64,000 bases of DNA, taken from NCBI RefSeq assembly GCF_006345805.1, contig NC_043025.1, forward strand, positions 9,362,001-9,426,000, written 5' to 3'. The DNA comes from Octopus sinensis (lineage: Eukaryota). Shown here piece after piece: positions 13,241 through 25,612 of the stretch. Under the pieces are notes generated by a model that worked only from the letters and a program-made list of their open reading frames with translations, searched no databases and was not told the origin of the DNA. A program made the position numbers and the translations under genes. Numbering within the stretch: the stretch's first letter is position 1; each line of letters starts with the position of its first letter.

Positions 13241-15095
13241 TGTATATATATATAAAAATCTGTCATTGATTGATGATAACGGCATTCCCCAACATGATGC
13301 TAAAGAAATGGCAGAAATACTGCAGAAACAATACTGCTCTGTCTTTAGTGTTCCCACTGATATTGACGTAAGGGAAACGAACGAAGTTGACTCCCAACAC
13401 AAAATCTCAGACATAACCTTCACTACCACTGACATCGTAGCAGCAATAAATGAGGTCAAACATTACTCTGCTGTAGGCCCTGATAGATCTCCCGCTAGTC
13501 TCCTGAAGGAATGTAGATACCAACTTGCAGTCCCTCTGACCAACCTCTGGAGAAATTCGTTAGACGCAGGTTATATACCGAAACAGTTTCTATCCCAGTC
13601 GGTCATCCCGGTTTTCAAACAGGGAAACAGATCCCTCGCAGTCAACTATCTCCCAATCTTACTCACCTCCCAATTCATTAAAGTATTTGAAAGAGTGTTA
13701 AGATCAAGGATAGCTGACTTCCTGGAGACCCACAAACTCCTAAATGCAAATCAGCATGGCTTTCGCTGTGGAAGGGACTGTCTAACGCAGCTCTTACACC
13801 ACATTGAAGATGTACTCAAAGCCTTGGGAACAGGTTCGAATTCTGACGTCATATATCTTGACTTCAGTAAAGCGTTCGACAGAGTAGACCATAACATCCT
13901 ACTCTCAAAATTGGCAAATGTTGGAATCCGTGGAAAAGTTCTACACTGGATTAAGTATTTCCTGGCGAATAGAACACAACATGTTGTAGTTGATGGAGTC
14001 CACTCAAACCCAGCAAAAGTCACCAGCGGTTTCCCCAGGGAACTGTTTTGGGTCCGCTACTCTTCATAATTTACGTAAACGACCTTTCTAGTGTCGTACA
14101 TTACTGCAAAGTGAAAATATTTGCTGATGACACTAAGCTCCAGCAAATCGTCAATGAAGAAGCGGACCGAACTCAACTCCACTGTGAGTCAATGGGCAGA
14201 CAGAAACAAAATGCAACTGAATGACGGAAAATTTGAGCTGATGCATTTTGGAAGAAATTCCTCACTAAAACAACCATACTCTCTTCCTTCAGGGGAACCG
14301 CTCACAGCCTCTAACAATATCAGAGACCTGGGTGTAATTGTTGATGACGATCTCAGTTGGAGTGCACACATCAACAAGAAGGTCAATATAGCTCGTAGGA
14401 TGAGTTCCTGGATCTTAAGAACTTTCCGGTCCAGAGAACAAGGTGTCATCATACCACTTTTTCCTCCTTTTACGGCCACACCTTGAATACTGCTGCCCAC
14501 TGTGGTCTCCTCACACAAGACAAAACATCTCCAGAATTGAGTCACCCCAGAGGGGTCTCACTAAACAAATTGAAGGCATGGCTGCTCTCGATTATTGGGA
14601 TCGCCTTAAAGCCTTGAAACTTTACTCCCTCCAGCGTCGCCGTGAGCGGTACATCATTTGTACGATGTGGAAAATATACCGTCAACTTTGCCCAAACGAC
14701 CTAAACATTAGCTTCAAGGTTCATCCAAGACTTGGACCACGGGCCATACGTCCCCTGCCCAATTCAAGATCACAACATACATGTACACTGCAACATAATT
14801 TCTTTTCCTCAACAGGCCCTGCCTTATTTAACATTGTCCCGAGGGAGATCAAAGAGGAAAAGGATCCCATCAACTTTAAACAGAGTCTGGATAGATTCCT
14901 TCAAAGAATACCAGATAAGCCAACCATAATTGGATACAACTCACCAAACAAGAACTCACTACTTGAACAAAACTTTACTCAAACAAAACTTGACTTAAAA
15001 ACAGGATTCGAATAATCCTATCAGGTGGTGCTATTAAGTTAGACATGGCCTGGGCCAATCTTTGGTCGAAACATATCTAAGTTTATCTAAGTTTA
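13241..15095 (+). mobile_element. Second CR1-group LINE family, 5'-truncated, with a few frameshifts and an (AAGTTTATCT)n-like tail
   Basis: ORFs 13197-14069, 14121-14486 and 14443-15015 contain QHGFRCGRDC, YLDFSKAFDRVDH, FADD (about 14120) and LQRRRERY. The tail reads ctaagtttatctaagtttat. Confidence 0.93.
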
Positions 15096-15469
15096 TATGA
15101 ATGATATTTATGTAGACACACACACATACACAGCTATAGCCGATATAAACGTGTATATATTCGTGGATTCATCCATCTGCCCGCGTTTATGCTAGGGTAC
15201 CATGTCTATATTCTGTAATAAAAGCAACAATAATATATGCACTCACACACACACATCATAATATAACAAGTCCATTTCAATTTCTACATTGAAATTGTAA
15301 CAGAAACTAGATTTTAAAGAAAAGAATTTTAACGTTACCGTAAAAAGGGACCTTTTCAGTTGTGAATCTTTGAATCTTTGTCGTAACCGTCAGATGCTGT
15401 AGGTTTGGTCTCTCCTGCCGGATTGGCAAAATGTTTCAGCCACTTTACCTATATACCTATCGTAATCAG

Positions 15470-15775
15470 GATGTTAACACAGTCAGCCAATAATGTTACA
15501 CCTGGAAGTTACAACTATTTAATAATTGCGTCGTTTATAACTCTGTCGTGACTCCGAAAACGTCTCTTATTTCTCAATAACTATTTATTTATATATCTAT
15601 TTCATTGTGAATGTTGCTTGTAATCTATTTTGAGAAATTGTAATCCATCTCATTGACGATGATTAAACAACCGTCCCGTGTTTGTAGACCAAAGTCCATT
15701 TGCTTCTAAAACAAAGCCTTGTGAGTGAATTTTGTTGATGGAAACTAAAAGAAGCCCATTGATGTATATATATAT
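15470..15775 (+). repeat. Paralogous block A (inverted copy at 33790-34150)
   Basis: Reverse-complement match that includes both a SINE fragment and non-SINE sequence. About 60 bp is deleted in this copy. Confidence 0.85.
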
Positions 15776-15998
15776 ATATATGCATTATGTATGTATGTAT
15801 GTATAATTCTTTAGTTAAATATATTCTTTAGTCAAATATATTCAATGAGAATATTATATACTGAATTTATATTGAGTGCTCTCTTGTATCAAAGTATTTA
15901 TACATTTAATACGAGCGATTATATATATATATATATTTTTAATAATATATTATTAAAAATATATATGTATGTATGTACGTATACATATACATATACAT

Positions 15999-16037
<39 letters not shown>

Positions 16038-16238
16038 GGTACTACTTAAGGACAATGGTTCCGGTGCGCGCACTCGCGTGCTCGCTGGCTTGTTGTGACT
16101 AGTCGATCCTACATCGACTACCTAGCAAAGTAAATAAAAGACAAAAGCACAAAGTAAGGTTCGACTACACATGACTAGCTAGTGTGGATGAGCGAGTACG
16201 CGAGTACGCGCACGGGACCACTGTTATAAAGTAGTACC
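16038..16238. mobile_element. About 200-bp MITE with about 45-bp imperfect TIRs, inside (TA)n
   Basis: GGTACTACttaaggacaatggttccggtgcgcgcactcgcgtgctcgct ... agcgagtacgcgagtacgcgcacgggaccactgttataaaGTAGTACC, flanked by ATA on both sides. Confidence 0.8.
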
Positions 16239-16252
16239 ATATGTATATATAC

Positions 16253-16323
<71 letters not shown>

Positions 16324-16478
16324 TATGTATGTATATGTATATATTATATATATATATATTTATGTATATATATAATATATTCCAAAACTAACGAAGAGAA
16401 AACACAAGAAAAAGCAACAGGGTGAGGCCGTTGTACACGCAAAGTATTAAAGGACGCTCAGGGAAGGAGAGAAAGGTT

Positions 16479-16513
16479 GTTTAACGTTTCGAGCAAAGCT
16501 CTTCTTCGGAAAC
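16479..16513 (-). ncRNA. Minimal type I hammerhead-like motif, C4 variant
   Basis: gttt CCGAAGA a gagc ttt gctc GAA AC GT T aaac. Stem III is the palindrome ACGT, consistent with dimeric folding. Confidence 0.65.
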
Positions 16514-16786
16514 AGGAGGCAGAGGAATGTCCAAGGGAACAGGAAGCAAATTCACGTCAGAAACACGGTTGAAGCGACCTATCCAAAGGTAGAAACTCTG
16601 GGTTCATGTGCAGTAATTTGTGTGTTATAGATGAACAAATAAATAAATGGAGTTGAACGAAGATGTTAAGAAAATTCCTTTGTTTTCCACATATGTTTCG
16701 AAGACAACATGGTTTTATTCCAAAGGAATAAACGGTGTAAGATGCAATCTTCTCATTAGGAAAGAGAGGGAGCCCCTCTCAACAAG

Positions 16787-16857
<71 letters not shown>

Positions 16858-16890
16858 ATATATATACATATACATAGATATATATATATG

Positions 16891-16949
<59 letters not shown>

Positions 16950-17040
16950 GGGGGGTTGTATGTGCTTGTGCATGTGTGCGCGTGTATACCCGTATATATA
17001 CATGTTTATATATCCTTGAAAGAGACAGTAACTATAGGTA

Positions 17041-17270
17041 AGGCGGAAAGCTGGCTGAAACGTTAGCACGCCGAGCGAAATGTTTAGCGTTATTTCGTCT
17101 GTCTTTACGTTTTGAGTTCAAATTCCGCCGAGGTCGACTTTGCCTTTCGTCCTTTCGGGTTCGATAAATTAAGTACCAGTTACGCACTGCGCTCGATGTA
17201 ATCGACTTAATCCGTTTGTCTGTATTTGTTTGTCCCCTCTGTGTTTAGCCCCTTGTGAGCAATAATTAAG
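17041..17270 (+). mobile_element. tRNA-derived SINE (family A)
   Basis: A-box-like gctggctgaaacgttagc, B-box-like gagttcaaattcc and a conserved body. Other copies at 42420-42650(-) and 63925-64000(+). Confidence 0.85.
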
Positions 17271-17559
17271 TAACGATAGATCGCTGAACTGCTCTCCGCT
17301 AAATAGTAGATATCTTGAAAAGAACTTGTATAGAATGTCGAGATCATGAACTCCAAAAGAGTAACGAAGACATATATTGGAATGACAACCAACACGTTCA
17401 AGGAATGATAGACACAACATTCTTACTGTTCAACGTTTACACACACACATATATAGATATAAAGATAGATAGATTGAAGTGTTTATACGTATACCTATGC
17501 ATATAGCTATAGCAGTTTACCCCAGTTACTAATGTTCATAAATATAAATGCAATCACAT

Positions 17560-18430
17560 GCTAAAAGGTAACAATTCTAAGTTAGTCTATAAGGTTAATA
17601 ATTTAGGTCATTCTAATTTAGTTTTGGACAAGAATAATAGTATATGGTGTATTATTCCCTTTGCTGGACAATTTAAAAAGTAAATTAATTGGGGCTGTTT
17701 ATAAATTGTTTTTGAAAGATTTTAATAAGAAATAGATACTATGAAATTTTAAACCCGAAAACCCTTAAGGTTGCTTTTTCTGTTTCTCGGAGTTTAACTC
17801 AAATTGTTTCTTCTATGAATGAGAAGAAATTATCTGTTTTTATTTATCATCGTGTTAGCTCAATTAATATCAACGAGTTCGATTCGATGGATGCTAATGT
17901 TATTGATTTTTCAATTAGCCAGGGTGGTAGTGATGGTTTTGAGTCAAATCTGAATTTTCGTAATAATGAGGAGGGTAGCTATTTGCTTAATAGTAATTCA
18001 ATTGTCGAAGGCTTGAGTAGGGGTGGAAATTCTCTTCGTGATTGTGGGAACAAAGAAAGATGTTTAATTATAAATTTTTGTAAACATAAAGAAGCGGTTT
18101 ATGAAGCTGAAATCATTTCTGAGGGTAATCTTTACATTTATATTGGTTCTTCTGCTAATGATATTAACAAACAAGGTTTCAAACCATTACCTTTCGTTTA
18201 GGATCAGAAATAAGGCTTCTTCTATTAGTCTTAGTAATTTCATCTGGAATCTTAAAGATCATAATAATTTGTTCATTATTGAATGGAACATTTTAGGGAC
18301 GGCTCCGGCCTATAAGACTGCCAATCGGTTCTGTTCGTTTTGTTTTGAAGAATTATTTTTGATTTGATTTTCTAGAAGAAAGCTGTTAAATTCAAAATCG
18401 GAAAGAGGATTTTTAGTGTTCATAGGAATA
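17560..18430 (+). mobile_element. Degenerate Penelope-like element, GIY-YIG endonuclease C-terminal region
   Basis: VYEAEIISEGNLYIYIGSS...NHYLSFR...LSNFIWNLKD...IEWNIL...YKTANRFCSFCFEE..LLNSKSE. Confidence 0.85.
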
Positions 18431-19019
18431 AATGCATGTTTTAAAATTTTCTAGAAGTAGGTATTTTAAGGATGCTTCACTTTGTTTAATTTGATAAACC
18501 GATTATTGAGAGTTTGATAATCATAGTTTCATCCCTTGCATTTACTATTTAAGTAAGTTCTTCTCTCATTTGTTTTTGGATTTCTACGTTGCCATTATTT
18601 TAGGTTAGGTTTTTCAAAGGTAAACTCCTTCCAGTGTTATTTTTTAGATTTAGATATATTTATTCTAGCTTAATAAATCAATATAAGTATTCATTAGATA
18701 AAATGTTCATAATTTATTTCTTACTCCTATGATTTGTATAATTTATAGCTTACATTTTCATAAAGCTTTTTTTAAATTTTATACATACATGTTTACATAT
18801 ATATATATATATATATATTCTTAGATTGGTTTAATTTGTAATGTAATACAAGGAGTTTTATTTTAATTATCGTATTATTATTTTAAAAATAAGCTTTTAA
18901 TTTGTTTTAAATTTAAAATTTTAGATTTTTAAGTTAGGTTTATCTGATATTTTGAACTGGAAAGAATTTTCCTGCAATTGTTTTGGTAGGGAAACTACTC
19001 TGTTTTACCATCTAATTAA

Positions 19020-20290
19020 TAGAAAAATACAATATAGGTAATCTGGGCTATAATATATCAGGGCCAGCAATCCACTTGTGGACTCTGCCTAAAGGAAGCC
19101 CTTAAATGTTTAACCCATAACTCACCACAATTACTTAACAAACACAATGAAGCCTTCACAATGTGTGAACACAAATTCTTCCACACTTTTAAATTATTCC
19201 TTAAATCCAACTTTAAACTTACCCCCACCTCACATAACATTTACATACCTCCAGACCCTTCAATACCTTTTCTGTCTACCTTAGTAGCTTATATGATAAC
19301 TGCTAATTTTTAATTACCTAATAGATCCCCTAATCCTTAGATGTAACCCTTATTCCTAAATCATTTAACATTCACCTGGTTTCTCCATACACAACACCCT
19401 ACACAAACATACCGCCTTAGCCGAGAAATATTTCTACAACCAATGACCTTAGCCATAAAACGGATACTACTTGACCTCTTGCCCCAACCCCTAAAAATTT
19501 GTGGGACAGTACTGGCATCTACTATCTTCTTTATATCGTCTTCTCTTTGAATCCCTTTCATTTTATTTTACTTTATTTTGCATTTCTTACCTTATCCTCC
19601 TTTACCTTCCCCCTCTCTCCTTATTTATTCATTTATATGTATTTATCTTCTTGTTTATTTAATTTTAATTTATTTTGTATTTTTTACTTTATCCCCCTTT
19701 ACCTTCCTCCTCTCTCCTTGTATATTTCTTTACCTATTTTCTTGTTTATTTTTGTACATTATATTTTTATATTCCTTATCTTATTCTTCCTATCAATCCT
19801 TGCCAATGCCCTGTCAATTGCATTCCTGTTCCTCCTCTCTCTACCTCCAGCTTCCCTACCAATACCTCCCCCTCTTTCTATTTATTTTTCTTTCTCATTA
19901 TCCCTCTATGGCCACTTCTGCTATCATTCTCTTACGAAAAATCGATATGGTCAGGTCTCTCTCTGGATACTTATACTATGAGGACTCTAAACATACCTGG
20001 ATATGGTCGCCTTTCACTCTGGATATTTACACTATGAAGACTCTAATACTAGCTGGGTTTACATAGGATTGTACCAAAAGTCTTGTGGACTAGAATTTAC
20101 ACTATCAGAAAGTTAAACATTTATATTTCTTCATTCTTCATTTCTTTATATTTCTCCAGGCCTTTATTTCATCGTTTCCTTAATCTCTACCCTACACATT
20201 TTCGCTAATTGTCTCCGATGATATGATACCCCATATTTTCAGATATCCCAGAAACAGCTGTTATATTTCTCAAAATTTTTTTTACGGAGC
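19020..20290 (+). mobile_element. PLE C-terminal fragment plus long pyrimidine-rich pLTR with a degenerate hammerhead at 20211-20265
   Basis: CGLCLKEALKCL..QLLNKHNEAFTMCEHKF matches the PLE tail CxLC..E..LNKxxE..CxH. A degenerate tandem unit of about 55 bp lies at 19945-20060. Confidence 0.7.
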
Positions 20291-20339
20291 AACATCGATT
20301 GTCATGCGGCAGTGAACTCACATAAATACATATTAAAAT

Positions 20340-20505
20340 ATGCAACGACAGGCTTCTTTTAGTTTCCGTCCATCAAATCAAGTCTCAAGGCTTTGGTCGC
20401 CTAAAATGTCTAGTAGAACATTCTTGCCCAATGTGCCACACTGTAGGACTGAAACCGTAACCATGTGATTGGGAAGCGAACTTCTTATCCGACAGTCACG
20501 CCAAC
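20340..20505 (-). mobile_element. tRNA-derived SINE (family B)
   Basis: Reverse complement of gataagaagttcgcttcccaatcacatggttacggtttcagtcctacagtgtggcacattgggcaa. Other copies at 27575-27740, 39075-39240, 30175-30300/30520-30645 and 63505-63670. Confidence 0.85.
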
Positions 20506-21026
20506 GATGATGATGATGATGATCATTGTAAACTGATAGATACAAATATTTGCTCAGTAATCTTATCCCCAATCAGATTTCTTTTGTTGTTAATCTTAAG
20601 GGAAGTGCAACAAAACACGATTTAAAATTGTTTAAATTATTGCAAAATATTTCAGACCCCCATCCTGTCGTTGAGATCATTTACTTGAGAGATTTGATCT
20701 CAGAATTTTGTCATGGCAGAGACTCGATGCATAGGAGGACAAACAGGAAGAATATCGTGGGAAAGAGAGAAAAATGAGGTTAAGAAGCGCAGATAGAGGG
20801 ATTGGAGGTGGAAGGAGTGGGTGTACAAGGTACATTTGACGAAATGAAGCCGGCCATGAAAAGTTTTAAAGAAGGGGCAGAAGGGAAGAGAGGTAGATTG
20901 TGAGAGGAGGGTGACGGCATCGTTGGGTATACTGGGTGCAGTGTTTAGGGGTTAGGGTTCACGAGAGATAATGAAACATACAAATAGATAAACAGACAGA
21001 TTTATTTTTATATGGAGAGACCGACC

Positions 21027-21057
<31 letters not shown>

Positions 21058-21149
21058 GTAGAGATAGACAGATTGACAGAGAGCTAAATAGATGGACAGA
21101 CAGACAGACAGATAAACACTCATTTACAAGATTTAATTCATAATGTTTG

Positions 21150-21900
21150 AAATGTTTAATTTGCTCTGATATTTTCTTGGTTGCTGAAAGGATTTTGACG
21201 AAATAAGATGTGTGAGAAAGATAACGAAGGATAAACGAGTTACATTAGTGTTCGTGTATGGCAAAGGAGGAACTAATCCAGATCTATTGGATGGAGCGCC
21301 ATCACAGTTTGGTTTGTTGGCTCCTGGCTTCCAAAATAAACATTTTCCTTGTAGGGCAGGATTCATGACAGGTGGACTGTAGACATGAACTTCACTGCGG
21401 GCTACCTAGGAAGTTGGTCAACAGCAAAAAGGGACTTCCGCTTGGAGGAGAAGAACAAAAGAAATGTCAGCAGTGAGCGTTAAACGAACCTAAATTAACT
21501 GAACAGAACTAACTGGCGACTTAAGCCTTGATGTACGTCAAGTAAGAAACCTTTTGGTAAATGCATTCTCGTCTCTAGTAGTTTGAGTGTGCATAGCTTA
21601 ACAAAGCTATACCCTAACAAATGGAAAGGTGGGAGAGATCCTGTGAGTGACCACAAGAGTAACCAGACCTCACGCCCTTGGGTTTTATCTGTGGGGGCCA
21701 TTTGAAATCAGTTGTTTATCCGAAGTTTCGTAGAAATATGGAGAAACTTAAAGAAGGAATTGAAAATGAATGCAGTAAAAAAGAAAGGAACCCCTCCGCC
21801 TTGTTTATGAATGCTGCACGTACAGAATGGAAATGTGCTATGAAACGAAATGGAAGCAATTTGAACTGCACATGTAACAATTAAATAATTAACAGATAAA
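21150..21900 (+). mobile_element. Degenerate Tc1/mariner-superfamily transposase (QDGAP / PDLTP type)
   Basis: PDLTP.GFYLWGHLKSVVY...MEKLKEGIENEC...MKRNGSN. The right-arm copy (37460-38400, minus) retains IMFFEQDGAPSQ. Confidence 0.8.
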
Positions 21901-22399
21901 ATCTCCGTGTGTAGCGATACGTTTAATAAATTATCCCTTACGTCCACGGCATTATCTTCGGCCTCTATATACGTACATACATATATACATTCACATACAC
22001 CTACACACTCACTCACACACACACACTCACGTAAACACACAAGATATAAGAAATATTCAGTTGAATCAGGTCTGAAATTGAGGCACCTCGTTAGGTCGGA
22101 ATAATATACAGACACAAAAATATATTGTAAATATCAAAGTTGGTGTGCAAGAAGACAGTAAATAAGGAATACTATAGGGTGTGGCGAGAGAAATTTGTGG
22201 GTCAAGAATGGGTCGAGGGGGATCAGATATATGCTAGAAGAGAAGGAGATCCCGCCTGTTGGAGGGGAAGAGTAGCAACTGTAACCAACAATTATCAAGG
22301 GTCCATGTAGATTTCACTTCCCCTAATATCTGTCCTTAAGTTGTGCCTTTTGAACAAACGGTGTGCCCTTAGGCACATGATAAGTATATTGGCAAACGA

Positions 22400-23560
22400 C
22401 CCTGAAACGTGGGTAGAGGCTGGTTGCTCATTCTTGAACCACAATGGCTGCCGAGTGGGTGGGGAGGGCAACATGAGGCTGACAGTGTCGTGTATGAGGC
22501 TGTGGTGGTACCCGGCCCTAACACCCTGAGTAATAGCAGCAACAGCTCATCCAACAACATCAGCGACAGAAATAGCAAGGGCGAGCGCGACATCGGGAGC
22601 AAAGCATTAGGCGGCAGAAACCCCAACACCGACATCTACGACAGCAGTCACCAACACCAGCACTACGGCCCGAGATGGTGACCTCACCAGCACCGGCAGA
22701 ACAACCGTCATGCTCAGAATTAATTGCCATGACACCACCGACAACAGCAGCAGTAGCAGCGGTTTCGATTCCCAGACCGGGCGTTGTGTGTGTTTATTGA
22801 GCGAAAACACATAAAGCTCCACGAGGCTCCGGCCGCGGGTGGTGGCGACCCCTGTTGTACTCTTTCGCCCCAACTTTCTCACACTCCTCTTTCTTGTCCC
22901 CGACTTCCTACGCAACCGCTGAGCCTGGATGCGCAGTCATCCATCCGTCGATGCTCTCGGTGTCGGGCGTTGACCTGCTTTCTCTTCTGCGGGTCTTACG
23001 AATAGCAAAGGACCACGTTTCGGACTTCTCCCTCTAATGGGACGAAGACCGCTTCGCTCAACAAACAAAGAAAAAAACATCAACGGCAATAACTGTTTTA
23101 CTGGACCCACTCACTGAAATATAAAAACACCGGTGGTGGCTCCAATGACATCAGCGGCAACCCCACCAACTTGACACACGGTGTCAACAGAAGATGCACC
23201 AGAGGTAAGAACACAACCAGCACTTGGGTTCGGAAATACATCGGCTCCGCGGAACTGCCTTTAAGCAATGCCTGAACAACCATAGGTCCTCTTTTAGAGT
23301 TCCTGAAAGACGTAACTTCATCATCATCATGACGTGGTTCTTTAAGGATGAAGGAAACCCATTCGAAATAAAATGGAGGATCATAGAAAGTCCGTGGTCC
23401 AATATAAGCGGGAACGGACGGTGCAAGATTTGCATGGCAGAGCGTCAAGAATCTTTAGAGATTCGACTGGCTTGGAATTTTTTATTAAATTCAAGGCACG
23501 AGATATGAAGTCCCTGCTGCCATTTGAAGCGCTCCCTGCACAGGCGTTCGTCAATAAGGG
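22400..23560 (+). mobile_element. Penelope-like GIY-YIG endonuclease with a long insertion between the VVY and YIG motifs
   Basis: CSFLNHNGCRVGG/EADSVVYEAVVV (22430-22510), then about 720 nt, then RKYIGSA/GTAFKQCLNNHRSSF..KDEGNPFEIKWRII..CKICMAERQE..LLNSRHEI..CCH. Confidence 0.8.
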
Positions 23561-23928
23561 TTGTATAGAATAATTTCAGACCGGAAGCAGCCTACAGGAG
23601 GAGATGCCCCTTTCATCCTCTAAGTCCACAAGATTTGCTCACTGTACAGGCCTAAGGGAGATAACCTGTCTCGTCAAGGCTCAGACAGTGTAGATTATAT
23701 TTTCGTTTACAAATTAAATGACCGTAACGGTTTTCTTACCTCCAGGTCAAAGAGAGAGTATATGCCAGTACGCATTGCAGTCTGACGAGCCATCGGTAAA
23801 GCCAAGCGCTTTGTTGATGCTAAACCATTGGCTCTCCTACGACCGGACATATATTTAACTTCTTATATATGCATTACTCCACTAATTTCAATAGTGTGCT
23901 GCATTTCTCGGTTTATGCTTCACTGACG

Positions 23929-23960
<32 letters not shown>

Positions 23961-23967
<7 letters not shown>

Positions 23968-24270
23968 ACTCATAAATAAGGGCAAACGAAAAGATTTCTA
24001 ATGCCAAATATGCCGAAAGTTGGACATATTGTCCATTTACCATATATTTTTTCCCAGTAGTCACGCTACTCGAAAAAAGGCCGACAGAAATCTCTAAAAG
24101 AATTCCATTATTACCATATCGGACCGATTTCAGGTTTAGTTCAAAAAGAACCCTCCCTTCGTCAGTGATACATGTATCACTGACGAATGGTAAATCGACA
24201 ATATATCCAATTTTCGGCATATTTGGCATTAGAAATTTTTTCGTTTGCCCTTATTTATAAGTTGTTTATA
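23961..24270. mobile_element. MITE-like element with about 85-bp imperfect TIRs
   Basis: caactcataaataagggcaaacgaaaagatttctaatgccaaatatgccgaaa.. is the reverse complement of ..ttttcggcatatttggcattagaaattttttcgtttgcccttatttataagttg. Confidence 0.75.
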
Positions 24271-24344
24271 ATTTAACCTTTAAAGGTATTTTTGAATATG
24301 CTGGCCATTGATAAACTTTTCTTTTCGAAAAAGTTTTATCCTAC

Positions 24345-24411
<67 letters not shown>

Positions 24412-24414
<3 letters not shown>

Positions 24415-25540
24415 TACAAAAATGGGACAATGACGCAAAACAGCCAGATAGTTAGGTGATACAAAAAAGGGACAAGAAAGCATCCACACAGATGATACAA
24501 AGGGAATAAGGACGGGTCATTCGGAGTTTTCTTTCCTCAGTCGAGTTCCAGATTATCGTTGCAGTTTCGGCTGTTTATACTCGAGATTGCTCCAATCTGG
24601 TCACTCCCAAGGAAAAACTAAGCTAAGACCATTAGATTCCTTGGAAGAAAGCAGCGAATGTATACAGAAACAAGGACGGAAAAACAGAGAAACGTTACAC
24701 AAATACAAATAAAAGGACATAACGTCAGGTGTCTTACGACTAAGGACGAATTAAATTAAGCTGGCGTGTGTGGAAGTAAGCCTTATGGCAGGGACATAAG
24801 ATTTGAAAGGCTCAGGGAGGAATATAGATCTTGCACGGATGGTAGTCGAACCAAGTAAGAAAGGATAGGCTTGGGCGAACACCTGTTACATGGGGAGAGA
24901 AGAGAGAGGGAGAGGTAGAAGCAGAGGGATAGAATAATTAAGCGAGGGGCGAGAAAAAAAATGAAGTGGAAGAGGAGGGAAGGTGAGAGAGGGGAAACGA
25001 AAGAACGAAGAATGTAATTAACGAAACAACTGTGAAAGGGCTGCTTCACTCTATCCCTTTCATTTTTTCTCGCCCCTCCTTAATTCTTCTATCCCTCTGC
25101 CTCTACATCTCTCTCTCTTCTCTCCCCACGTGACCGGGGTCTGGCCAAGCCTATCCTTTCTTTCTTGGTTCGACTACCATTCGTGCAAGATCTATATTCC
25201 TCCCTGAGCCTGTCAAATCTTATGTCCCTGCCATATGGCTTTACTTCCACACACGCCAGCTTAATTTAATTCGTCCTTAGTCGAAAGACACCTGACATTA
25301 TGTCCTGTTATTTGCATTTGTGTAACGTTTCTCCGTTTTTTCCGTCCTTGTTTTCGTATAGTGCTCTTAGCTTAGTTTTTTATTGGGAGTGGCCAGATTG
25401 GAGCAATCTCGAGTATAACCAGCCGAAATTGCAAAGGTAATCTGGAACTCGACTGAGGAAAGAAAACTCCGAATGACCCGTCCTTGTTTTCTTCGTATCG
25501 TCTGTCTGGATGTTTTGCGTTCTTGTACCATTTTTGTATT
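24412..25540. repeat. About 1.1-kb imperfect palindrome made of two inverted copies of a pLTR-like repeat; third copy at 26600-26990(+)
   Basis: 24412-24966 is the imperfect reverse complement of 25061-25540, with a loop of about 95 nt. Flanked by (TA)n and (CT)n. Confidence 0.9.
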
Positions 25541-25577
25541 CTTTATATATAAAAATATAGCGGCGGACGTACACTTT

Positions 25578-25612
<35 letters not shown>

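Larger units (their letters stand above)
16374..23060 (+). repeat. Left arm of a large inverted segmental duplication
   Basis: Colinear reverse complement of 36283-44362. The six-frame ORFs are mirrored (for example 17815+ vs 41838-, and 22409+ vs 36936-). A few percent substitutions by eye. Confidence 0.97.

Noticed and set aside
15035-15085. CR1 3' tail hairpin with GAAAC resembling a ribozyme
   Set aside because: No CUGANGA core. It is more simply the RT-recognition stem-loop of the CR1 3' end.
19499-20066. Hydrophobic 120-162 aa ORFs (mirrored at 39535-40102) resembling membrane proteins or a NUMT
   Set aside because: All three frames are F/L/S/I-rich because the strand is pyrimidine-rich pLTR sequence. 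There are no conserved motifs.
22985-23060. Hammerhead-like GAAAC...GTA with CTGAGCGA (minus strand; 36283-36350 plus)
   Set aside because: No stem I complementarity and the base of stem II is mismatched.
23780-23815. CTGACGAGCC downstream of the PLE endonuclease
   Set aside because: The GAAA half is missing. At best it is a decayed hammerhead.
25400-25490. CTGAGGA and GAAAT/GAAAC motifs in the 24412-family repeat
   Set aside because: The motifs are in the wrong order or lack supporting stems, so no hammerhead fold could be drawn.
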